From positions 9,052,001-9,116,000 of the forward strand of contig CM102290.1 in the NCBI GenBank assembly GCA_046563655.1: a stretch of 64,000 nt of DNA. The letters run 5' to 3'. The position numbers and the translations under genes are program-made. Positions within the stretch are counted from its first letter, which is position 1. Each line of letters begins with the position of its first letter. Below the pieces are notes generated by a model. The model saw only the letters and a program-made list of their open reading frames with translations, ran no database searches and had not been told where the DNA came from. Positions 29,379 to 41,000 of this stretch are shown here, piece after piece. Source of the stretch: Yuukianura sp. NJ FZ-2021 (taxonomy: Eukaryota).

Positions 29379-32300
29379 ATGTATAAGGTTAAACAGTTCA
29401 TGAACAAGATCACTGACAAGGTTTGTTTAATCTTTAAGTAATATCCTTTTTGAATTGCCTCTCTTACCTCAAATTATCGTAAGAGTAAAAGCAGACGTTG
29501 GTTGATAATTATGCTGAAATTGGAAATACACTTGAATTTCTAGGGAACTGCTGAACCATCCTCTGGTGTTGTGCAAAACGTAGATGACGATCGGGATGGA
29601 CAAGTATCGGCTGAAGGTTTCCTATGCCCGGACTGCATGACTGCATATGCGTCCCCTGAATTGTTGGCTGAACATTATTCCACGAAGCATTTACCCGTCG
29701 CTGCTAGTGCTAACGAATCATATCCAGACGACGACAAACACGAAAACGATTTGAGCCAAGAACACGAACTGATTGAGTTACGCACTGCTCTGGAGGTAAT
29801 ATTGAAATTCGAAAGCAATTGCCTGAGAAATGATTAACTCAATTCTCATTTTTATAATCCAGAGCGAAAGAAAGCAATTTCGTATGATAGAACGCCGTTT
29901 CGAAGAAGTGTTTGAAGAATTAGAAGAGTACAGAAAGAATGCATACAGAATTGACTGCGAACAGACAAATGGTGAGGGTAACTTGGTTAGTGTTAATCCA
30001 GCATTCTTATGTACCAAAGGTAATTCAACTCTAATTCATTGTGTTGATATTTAGCGGAGGAAGAGAAAGCAAGATGGGAGGACGAATGTTTAGGTCTGAA
30101 AAAGCAGGTTGAAGATTGGTCGCTGAAGTACAACAAGACGAACAGTGATTTGGAGCTCGTTAAGACGTCAGCAGCAGAAGAACAGAAAGTGCTAAGGGAA
30201 TCGCTAGATGTTCTCAGGAAGCAGTTTTTAGAAGTAATGTCCTTTTGTAATATCTGTATAATTTACAAACGTGGAGTGGATTATGGTTTCTCAAACAGCT
30301 TCAAAACAAAGCCGCTATCAGTGAGGCAGAGTGTAAGAACCTAAGAGAAGAAATCCAGCGGCTGCGTGATCGACATGCTGAATTGGTACGTGGCATTGAA
30401 GGAGATGCAGGGATGCAGGCTGCTATTGAGTCATTGACCAAGGAAAGGGACGGACTTCAAGCCACCTTGGACACTGTACAAACACAAAATCGAGAGCTTA
30501 CAAAAAACTTACACAATGCTGGACTCGAGCTTGACAATTTGCGAAAAGACAGTGAAATCATCAGCTCGCAGTTTGATGCTTACAAGCTACAAGTAAACGC
30601 CGAGGCAGAAACTCACCGAAAGGAAGTCGAGGAAAAGGTAAGACACTTTTGTACGTCAGTCAAAAAAGTCGTCATTAAATTAACTCGCGAGTATTAGAAT
30701 TGTTATACTTAACTTAATTCTCGTTGTTTGACCAGGATCGATTGTATACGGAGGAGGTCAAAGAGCATAATCGTTCAAAAAGCAGTTGCGAATTACTACG
30801 TAAGTACACAGAAGTATTGTGTTCCGATTCCATTCCTTGTATTTACTCTTGTTTCTTCAGGAACCCAAGTGCTTTCTCAGACCGATGAGATTAAAAACTT
30901 GAAAAGTGGAATAGAAGAAAAAGTGGCACTGATGAAGGAGTTGGAAAAATCTAATGTAAGCAGTGTTCCCTTTCATTGACTGGAAGTCACGAATTCCCAA
31001 GGATGTATTAATGCTTATTGATTCTCTTTTACAGGCGCATTTTAAGGAGCAAATCACTGTTTTAACTGCTGAGGTGGAAGCTTTAAAGACGGAAGTTAGC
31101 CGTCACAAGGACCAATGTCTGTCGGGGGAAACTAAAATTACGGAGCTGGAGAAATCCCTTGCAAAGAGTGCTGAAAATGTGTACCTACTGGAGGCAGAGA
31201 AGGATAGTTTGCAAATGGCGAATAGAAGCATTCAAAATATTCTGGAAGAGCAAAGCAAAGCTTTTAATCGTTACCTGGCGGATGTGAGCAATGTTCTAGG
31301 CATGAAACATCCAGAGTATCGCAATCATTATGGCAATGGTGAAGGTGACGTGGATGCCAGAGAGTCAAACTACGACGCCTACCAGAAACACAGTAATGCC
31401 ATCGTGAAGGGCATGTCAGAAAAGATTATTTCCATGAAGGAAAGTCAAGAGCTACTTCAAAATGAAATGGAAAAGATGAAGCAAGAACTGATGAATTCTA
31501 AGTCAGAGAACGAGAGTTGCGCCAGTAGAAATACGGAGTTAGCTAAAGATCTAAAGGTTCAAAAAGAAGAACATGCCACTGTATTGGTAAGCAGCTATGC
31601 GTTGTTTTTGTCATAATTTGAATTAGATCGCAGTTTGCAGTAGAATTGGTTTCGAGTTATGTACTCATAAGTTTTTTTTTAAACAGGAACGTTTGCGGAA
31701 AGAGATGGAGGAAGATCGTAAATTTTTTGACGATAAGTTGAAGTCTGCTAAAAAGGTGGAGACTCAAGTGGCACAGCTGACAGAGCAAGTTACAACACTT
31801 CAGAGTGATGCTAAACGGTTTCAAGATGAACGTGATAATCTTCAGGCAGAGAGACTGGGTACAAATCAAAACAGAACTAAAACCAAGTTGGAAAAATCAT
31901 TGCTATATTTTCATGTATAGAATTAGACAAGAAGTACAAATCCAGTGAAGAGGCTCGATCACTGCTAATGGATCGGTGCCTCGCCAGCGAAAGTGAGTCA
32001 GAAACCTACAACGAAACCATTCAAGGTTTGCAGAGGAAACTGGCCGATGCTTTGGCAGCGCTACAGGAGCTTGGCAGAGAGAACCAAAGTTTGCAAGTGG
32101 AGAGCGCTAAACTTCAAGGTCGGAAGTGGACGGATGACTCAAATGTTAGCAACTGTTCAAATTGTTCCAAGGAATTTTCGATTACGATACGCAAGCATCA
32201 CTGTCGTGTTGTAAGTATTCAAAATTAGACTATTTCAAAATCAAACTAAGAAAAACTTTGAGTTTCATTGTATTATTCAACTTTTCGTTATTTTTTTTAT

Positions 32301-32411
32301 CAGTGTGGGAACATTTTCTGTCATGACTGTTCTGCTCGTACTGCTTCCATTCCTAGTTGCAAGAAACCGGTTCGAGTTTGTGACGCTTGTGCAGCTGATC
32401 TGGCGAAATGA
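29379..32411 (+). CDS. EEA1: Early endosome antigen 1-like tether (C2H2 zinc finger - coiled coil - FYVE), ~733 aa
   Basis: Exons 29379-29420, 29544-29795, 29863-29971, 30055-30233, 30299-30637, 30736-30799, 30861-30955, 31035-31586, 31687-31858, 31921-32210, 32304-32411 (TGA), 2202 nt. N-terminal EGFLCPDCMTAYASPELLAEHYSTKH finger; long heptad E/K/Q/L-rich region; C-terminal LQELGRENQSLQV...[40 protein letters not shown]...KKPVRVCDAC FYVE domain. Confidence 0.9.
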
Positions 32412-35400
32412 ATATAGAAGAATACGGAAGGATCTGAACCATATCGGAACAATTAATTAATCGAATTATTGAAAATGCATGACTTTTTTGGCACAAATCA
32501 AATCAAATTCTTAAACGGCCAAACAAGTATTGATGTTACTTTTGCTTTAAATAAATTTTTACGGGTCACTATTTCAAATCAGCGTTTTGTTTTCTGTTGA
32601 ACACTCAAAATTTTTGAAGTCCTGTACTTACCGAATCCGTTTGCATAGGCATTGTCCTATGCCAATAGCAGTAGTAATTTAGGAGAATTTTCAGTTTTCA
32701 GTAATTAATTGTCAAAGTTTTTGGAGATGAGTTTTGACACGGAATAGACTTGAAGTTTATTCTAATTGGGTGTTCCAAACTTTTAATTAATGGAGGTATA
32801 GAAGAATAGCATTTGAGTCATTGAGTAAAGCAAGGTGAAAGTGGGAGTGAAAGCATAGCTTCATCTTCAATTACATTTTCCTCTTCATCTTCTTTCAACA
32901 GCAATGCACACGGGGCTTATGTTTAATTAATTATGTGATTTCTATGTCATTTGAAAATCACTTTATGCCTTTCCCTTGTGCAAACATAGGCCGAAACAAA
33001 CGTCGGTCCCTGACCTGTGACTTGTGCAAGGTCAAGTCGCATTTCCCATCACCTTTTCATGTCAGGCTACACAAAAAGTAGTAAAAGAGATGTGCTATTG
33101 AATAGCATCAGCTTTACGAAAAACTACAGCCAAAGTTAAAAAAAAAGCGTTTTTTTTTGTATAAAGTTAATAATTCAAGGGTCGCAAAGGAAAATGAAAC
33201 TTTGTGAAGATAAGTGTTTTACCCTGTACAGTTTTTGCGGGCAACGACTACTGAAAATGTCGTGGGCATATTTTCTATCTCAATTTACGTCAATTACGGC
33301 CCCCATTCAATTACATTGTCCTGGACACTGTATCCGTTTTTGCAGAAAACTCACACCTATAAACTAAGCTAAAACCATTCGATTGTCCATCGTGCACAAA
33401 ATGCTGTGGGGGATCCAGTTCCAACATAATTTGGAATATCCATTAACAAAAATAGTGCACCCTACTGGACTAGCGGTTGGTAACAAGTTTTAGATTAATC
33501 AGTTCCGTTTACTGCTTTACTTGGTTGATTACTACTGGATTTTAATTTGAAATTTTTCAAGTTGGCTTGAAACTGATATGCCATAGGGATTTTTAATTCC
33601 GTCCTCTGGGTATTTGAATTCTGCACCCAAAACCAAAATGGAAATGAAGAATTCCTGTACGGAATGTCTCAAAAGTCGTAGGAGTCAAGGTTACAAAGGA
33701 GAGACGCTGGTGGGAATCGATGGAGCGCCTACAAGTAGATGGAAGAAAGTTTTGGGAAGTGAAGCTCCGGCTCAGAATGCCAATGAGATTAACATGAGCA
33801 ATTAAATTCCTTGGCTTCTGATTCCCAGAGAAAGTCAGATTAGTTCCCACTTTGGATCCAGCAAGGTTTTCCTATTCTGTCCTCAGACTTTCCCACTTTT
33901 CTGGAAGGAGTTGGTGGGACGAGGGAACTTTCTCCGTGCTTTCTTCCCTCGAAAACGTCGAATCTCGAATGGGAAATGACAGATTCCAGAAAATGGGGAA
34001 AAACGATACTTTCTTGTCTTCTCCTTTGAAGTTGAGCTCTACGACTCCTGCAATCTTTATCCCTCGAGTACTCTACTATTCCTAGCAAAGAACTTACATT
34101 ACTCTCCTTTTAGGTTTCAATTTACCCTTAACTTCCATTCCCCATTACTCTCCCAGCCTCTTCTGAGGAACGAGTCACCATGGTACTGTCTTCATTTTAT
34201 AAAGAACCAAAAGTCTTCTATGACGAACATTACTGTTAACACAGGGTTGCCAAAAGGTAGAACGACGAATCACAGGTTAGGCTGGAAATAATGAACGAAA
34301 TATGAACCATGTCCTGAAGTTTTCAATTTCACGAAATAACTCCCTCGGCTTGATCATGCTTTGCTTTTGCCAAAGTCAAACGAAGTCGTCACCCGAAACC
34401 TTTCAATTAGCGAATGAAAAATGTTTGTTTTTAACTTTTCCATTTTGGTTTTTGTGTTACCGATTTTTTTAGATGTGCGGATTAGGGCTATTTGGACCAT
34501 GCGTCTGAACTGCAAATGTTTTCAAAAACAACAAAGGTAGCTCAAATACATTTTGAAGAGAAAGTTTTATTCGAGCATTTTCAGTGCCGATGGTCCTGAG
34601 GCTACAAGACTGAAAGAGAAGCGTCCCATTTTAGACCTTGTTTTGAAGTACCCGCGTCCTGAGTGGTTTGTCTAAACTGGTGTTGACGTAAGGGGCTCAT
34701 AAATTTTGTCCCATGAAAAATGAGGAACATTGCCGAGATCTGAGGGGAAGTTAGTTACAGCGTCATCCTTGTGCTCTAGGGTTAACTATCTGTTCCTTTC
34801 CTCAGGTCTACGCAAGTTAGACACAAACTAGGGTGATTAAAAGTTCTTTTCATCATTAATTTTGTAAGAGAAAAGATCCAAGCAAACAAAACTTTCTCTT
34901 CTTCTTCCCTTGACTTTGTTCCCTTAATGGATGAGCTGAGGGAATTTAAGGTTCCGTAGTTCACAAACATTCCATCGTCAGTTAGTTACCATCCGGTGTA
35001 CTTTAATTCAAACCAATTGCCCATCTAGCCTTTTAAATTAGCTTTTTTAACGTTAGGTGAGTTGAGGTTAGTTAGGTCAGTTAGGTTCAGCAGAAGCACA
35101 TACTCCGTCGACAATGATTAGCATTCATAACAGGGTAGCTAATTTATTGAAACTTGACTCAGGAGGTTACTGCAAGAAGAAAGTCTTCGTCGCTACCCAC
35201 TCCAACTCTCAGCCCTCAATAATTTACATTCCCTGTTCTCCACAAAAGCGTGCTGAATTTTTTGACAACTTTTTTAATTACTCAAATCTTAATTTGAAAA
35301 AGCGAGAAAAGTGTATTTGCTCTGCCATTTCTTAGAAAACCAAAAATAGCAGCGAGGAGGGAAACTGTTTTTCAAAAAAAAACTTTCTTAAGAGTAAGAT

Positions 35401-38030
35401 TGATTCTGCAGTTGATGAAAAAGCGGAAGGAAAAGTCAAGTAGGGTTTTCGCATGTGTTTACTTTCCATTTTCAATTTAGATGGCATTTCCTTATTAAAC
35501 TCAGAGCTCTTGAGAATGATGGACGAGTACTAACGATAAGTGTATGTATGTGTGTACAAGGGCAAATGGATTCGGCGCATTGCAATTGCATTTATCAAAT
35601 TTCTCAGTTTTAACGAAAAAAAAGATAACGTTAGAAGGAAAGCGTTGGGGGGCGCAACGTGACTGGGGCGTTCTGAGAGTAGTAGTTGGGTAGTGAAAGT
35701 GAAAGTGGAGAAAGCAGAATATGCATGGCAGGTAGGAAGAGGATTGGCCGCAGTCAGACGTTGGGTCTCGGTGGGAACAAAAAGCGTCTAGCAGGAGAAC
35801 TCTTGGACTTGGAATCTTGGAGGCAATAGGAAGGGAAGGTTAACCTTACAGGATTTGCGGTGTTTGAACATTTCAATTTCAGTTTTTTGAGAAAAAAAAT
35901 AAGCCGTGAGCATATCGTAAAAAAGTTCATATCCCATCTTTTACAACGTTTCAGTCAATCATATCAAACATCCAAGTAAATCAGAATTTTTAATCTTGAC
36001 AAATCCATTTCCAACCATCACACATCAAATTTACATTATTCGGGACCACCATTCATCCAATCAAAATAAATCTACTGCTACTACTCTCGCCTAAAGTAAG
36101 TTATTAAACCGTCTAATACTATTTTAACTCTCATGCAGAGACAAATTGCACTTTATTTTAGAATTTATATCATAAATTAAAAAAACTACTCAAAACTTTT
36201 TGTTTCGAATCTCGAAAGTTGGACGACTTTTGGCTAAAGTCAACCAACTTTTTGGTAGGTTTGAATAAGTTACCGTTGGCTAATGGTTTCACTGAGCAAA
36301 TATTGGGTTTCCTTGAAGTATTCAAGCGCCTTTAACTTCTATTTTAAGGAACCTCAGAAACATAGTTGGCAGCTAACAATTTCCAATGAAGAGCACTTTG
36401 TTTAACTAAAAAAGAAGAACAGAGTTTAATTACGTTCCTGTCAGTTTAGAGCTGATGAGAAAAGCTTAGCGGAAGGAAAGCAGCATAACAAAATTTTAAG
36501 CCGTTGCTGACAGGGTAGTACGAAAGCATAAGTGTTCGTTGAAATAGCCCTTCGTCTCCAGAACGTTTTGAGAAGAGCTGGAGGCTTAAGGCTGTGACTT
36601 GTCTTTGTCTTTCAGAAGCAAATGAGTTTCAAAGCCAAAGAAGAATTCTGAGGAGCCATTGCCTGCCTTGGCCCTGTTCCTGGAAGGGGTGAGTCAGAGT
36701 CTGGTGCTGGATTTCCGTTGTCACTTTTTTAGAAAAGTGAAAGCTAAAGGGATGAGTTATCCCGTTGAGCTACGGAAGTGTAGGCAGGAACCTGTTGGAT
36801 CTTTATCCTGTTTCTGCTGGAAATAACAGGACCAACGTGTATAGCATTTAGAGGATCCAGAATGTGCGGGATATGTGCCCAAGAGGTCTTTAGTCCTTTG
36901 GTAAATAATGGTTTAGTGACGGAGAAAGCAACAGAGTAAGTTACAACGGAGACTACTCTCCCCACTTTCACTTCAAGCGAAAGTCCTACCACCACGGACA
37001 TAGCCACAACTCGAATTAATTATCTAGTGGCATGAGTAACGACTTCCTGAAGCAGTATTTAGCGTGAAGTTGTAATTTCAACCATTTATTGAGCTAATGG
37101 AGAGGGACAAGTAGCAAACGACCCGCTGAGGGGGCGTATGGACATGACCCGCCTTCTTTCAAAATTCTAAGTAAATGCAGTTTCCCTCTTGGTGCTTGGT
37201 TGTGTTCTACTTTAGGAGGCGTTATTCTGCTAACCCAAAGCGCCAATTTGTGTTTGTGTTTCATATGGTCCAACTTTTCCAGAAAAACACCCATCATACT
37301 TGTTCCTTTACTTGAAAACGAAAATGATAATTTCTAGATAAAATTTATCGTTAATGCTACTTTCTCCGTGGAGAAAGCGTAGGGGGCGGGTGACGCTGGA
37401 GTTCAATTTAGAATCCTGACGACGCCAGTTACCATTTCCTTGCTCAATAGTTATGCATGTGTATGGTTTTGATAGAAACTTTTTTTATTCTCGTTTATGA
37501 AAGAGAAAACTAGAATATGAAATACTTTATATGCATCCAGATTTGGACTGCGTGAGGAAAGACGAATATAAAAATCTTACGAAAAAAAGTAAACTTCTTT
37601 TCTCAGAAATAGAACTGTTGTAAAGAGTCTCTGCCACCAAGAAGTCGTTCCATTAAAATAAAAACTTTTCTCCGTCCTAATATTTGCGCTCCACGCCTCT
37701 GGAAAATGACTTTCAAATTGAGCATGTCACATAAAATTTTGCCCGCGGAAATATTTTCATTGTTTAACTCTCCTTTCCTTGGTTTTTTCTTCGTTTAGCG
37801 AAGACTACCCAGCTCAGAAGGAAGTGGCGGGTGAACTGTTGGTGACATTGACAGAATCCAGACTGCGGGTACTTTCACCGGTAGGAGACTCTAGCTCTCT
37901 TCAAACCCACTTTCGGTTCCACTTGAGAAACAATTCAGGACTTCGTCTTCATCTGCCTAGCGGCGTTTGTGTCCAAACCCTGAAATACGATATTCATTTG
38001 GTTACTTGACGGAGAAAGCTTTCGAGAGAG

Positions 38031-41000
38031 ATGGGAAGACGTCACTTTATGTCAGATCACCATGTCGTTCCACCGGACTACTCCCTGGATGCAATCATTT
38101 ATGTTGTCGTAAGTTACATGATCCATTCTTATGAGCTATCGTCTCTTTAGACTTTAACCATCAAAACTTTTTCTCCTGCTACGTTCTAAATGCTCAATAT
38201 GCATTGAACACCCGAACCGCGTCCAGATGCTCTCTCTGGAAGACTTTCCCTGATGGATTGGTTTTCAAAATTCGTTTTGATGGTTCAGCGGGGCTGGGAG
38301 GCTGGTGCATATGCGAAGGAAGTATGGGCATGGGCTATGTATCTCATAGAACAGTGTTGTTCTTTTTATACTATAGGAACTACACAGTCCTTTCTAAGAA
38401 AAATGACAAAGGAAAGTAAATATTGCCTCCTGAAACATTGTCGTGTTTGTGCCATTTTCAATTCTAAGTTTGAGCAGGAAAACTCTTAAGGTTGGCGTGT
38501 GCAAGTGTGAAAGTAAGAAGAGAAAGCAATCTTGGGTAAGAAGAGAAACAAATCTTGAATTTCATTCTCTTCCTTTATTCGCAAGGAGCAGGTTTCACAT
38601 ATTTATACAGTATAACAAAAGAAGCAAAAAATTCAAGTTAGGCTTCAATCTCGGTTGAAAAGCATAACCGTGTCTTTTTCACAATGAAAAAGCCTTGTTT
38701 TCTTCCTATTATTTTTTCTCGTCAATTGCTTCTGCAACACATCCAAATCTTCATGCAATGAAACTCTGAATTTAAATTAGGCTGGTGAAAAACTTCACTT
38801 TACCGTTTGTATCTTGGGCTGAAGCCAATTTGATATTCTTACCCTGTGACTCCTGGACGTTAGAATGCCAAAGGCATTTTCAGTTCATTAAGAAGAAATG
38901 GAGTAGTAGGTGGATGTTGATAAAGGAAGTGAAAGTTTGACTAGTTAATCATAATAAAGGTTTCTAATAACAGTCCATTTGGATGGAATCAAAATCAAAT
39001 GGAACTTGGAATTGAGTTTGACTTTTTTTGAATTTCTTGGGACACAATGTGTTCTTTTGAAGTTCGGCGAGATTTTTCTTGGAAAAAGAGAAAAAAATCA
39101 AAGCCGATTTTGAAATGTCACGGAAAAGCTGAATAATAAAAAGAAAGCTGTTTTCTTAGGAGAAAACGGCTGGGACCGTGGAACCGGTTGGTACAAAACC
39201 GTTTCCTTGCATGTGCTACCGTCTCAAATAAGTGTGCTGTAGTAATGCCATGTCCATTGATTCCAGTCCCAACTTGTTAATTTATGATTATTGCTTTCCT
39301 AATTTCAGCTCCAATTCAATTTTACTTTCTTTAAACAAAAATTTCCTTGTTTTTTAACATTAAAAATAGAAGTATGAAGTAAGACTCAATTTAAAAAAAA
39401 ACTCTGTGAAAAAAAATTGCTGGAATTATTGTGCAAAACTCGGGCTAAAAAAATTTTGGTCGTTAAAAGTTGTTAAAACTTTCATTTTTGTTTCTAGAAT
39501 TTTATTTTTGTTGTTCAAACTGATCTGTTTTAAAGGGAGAAACAGAGCTGGTGCAATTTAAAGTTAGAATAGGACTTTCACCTCATTTGTAGAGAACTCC
39601 GTCCATGTTCCATCGTTTATTGTTTACAGTTGAGCTCATCAGATTACACAAATTAGCCAATTTCCGTGTCTATATTCCATTGGAAAGTGCTTTGCCTAAG
39701 AGCCTTGTTAAAATTAATCAGGATGAGAGCTCTTACAATGAAACTCATGCTAGTCATAGGATCCTAGAGAAAGCATTTGAAAATTGGAGCTGTTTTCTCC
39801 ATGAAAATGGATTCAGGAGGTGGAGGCTGGAAGTCATTAAATTCCGCTCGGATCAAAATCCCTTTCTCCTTCACAATGACAGAAATAATTGGACTTTGCG
39901 AGAGTTTGGATTGGAATGGATCTGCGATTGCAACTTAACCTAGCCTTTCCTGGCCTTGTGCTTCCATCTGTGCAAAGGTGTTTTCTTGCACAGGACACGA
40001 GAAAGTGTTCAGGAATAGGCTGGAGCGTGGAGTAATATTAGTTTCAATTCCTTCGAGAATTAGACGGAAAGTTGCAGTAAGAACCAATGATGAAAGTTAG
40101 TAAGACGAAAGCGGGAATGTGGGTTGAAAATGGAAGTGAGAGAAATTACAGACATAAGATTGGATAGTGCTTCTAGAAAGTTGTTGTGGTGCGAAACATT
40201 CCAGCACTTCCGTGGATGTCGTCCATGTAATTGTAGACGTCATGACCCTGATTGGCCCTTGGGACACATCCAACCACTTTCCATCGTCCCTCAATACACT
40301 TTTCTAACTTTCTTCAATAGTAACTTCATATTAATCGAGAATTTTCTTCCATTTCATTCGTCACGGACGCTAGTATTTCCAAGCACCGTCTTTAGTTGTT
40401 TCCCAAGAGTTGGGATGCTTTGGAAAAACTGGTAGATGTAGAAGCATTGTTTTATCGGAACAATGAGCTTGAGCCTGAAGCAAATGAAAAAAAAATCAAA
40501 TTAATTGAATTTTCAAGTTGTTTTTTGTTTAAACAAACAAAAGAAACGGAGTGAATACACAAGTGACTTTTCAATTAAAACGAATACATTAAACAAACAT
40601 TGAAAAAAAATTGAAGAGAAAGCACATCCAGGAATAACTATAACATGCGCATAGTTTTCAGTTTAAAAAACAATTGTGTGAAATAAAGTCAGTAGTAAGT
40701 TGTAACACTTACTTGTTTGACTGTATGTTTGAACTTTTGCAAAGTCTTAAGCACTTTAACACAGTAGAAAGGATTCAGGCTTACGAATTCGAACAAGTTC
40801 ACATTGTTTGTTCCTTTGGCAGAGGCCTAGTACTAAACGTAGAGGTTACTCCAGCTTAATAGACGCCAAGAAAAAATTGTGTGCGAAAAGGGAGAAAGGC
40901 GGTTTTTATAAGGAAGCCCGAAGAAAGTTTCCTTCTTTCTAAATCCACTAATGGTGTAGATGGCTAATGACTTTTGCTTTCTCCTGTTTACTTTCTTAGC

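Noticed and set aside
29972..30019. In-frame extension of EEA1 exon 3 to a second donor at 30020
   Set aside because: It would leave a 35-nt intron, far shorter than the other introns here; the donor at 29972 was preferred.
35050..35090. TTAGG-like repeats (also near 21016) resembling the arthropod telomere repeat
   Set aside because: Only 2-4 degenerate, non-tandem units; not distinguishable from chance.
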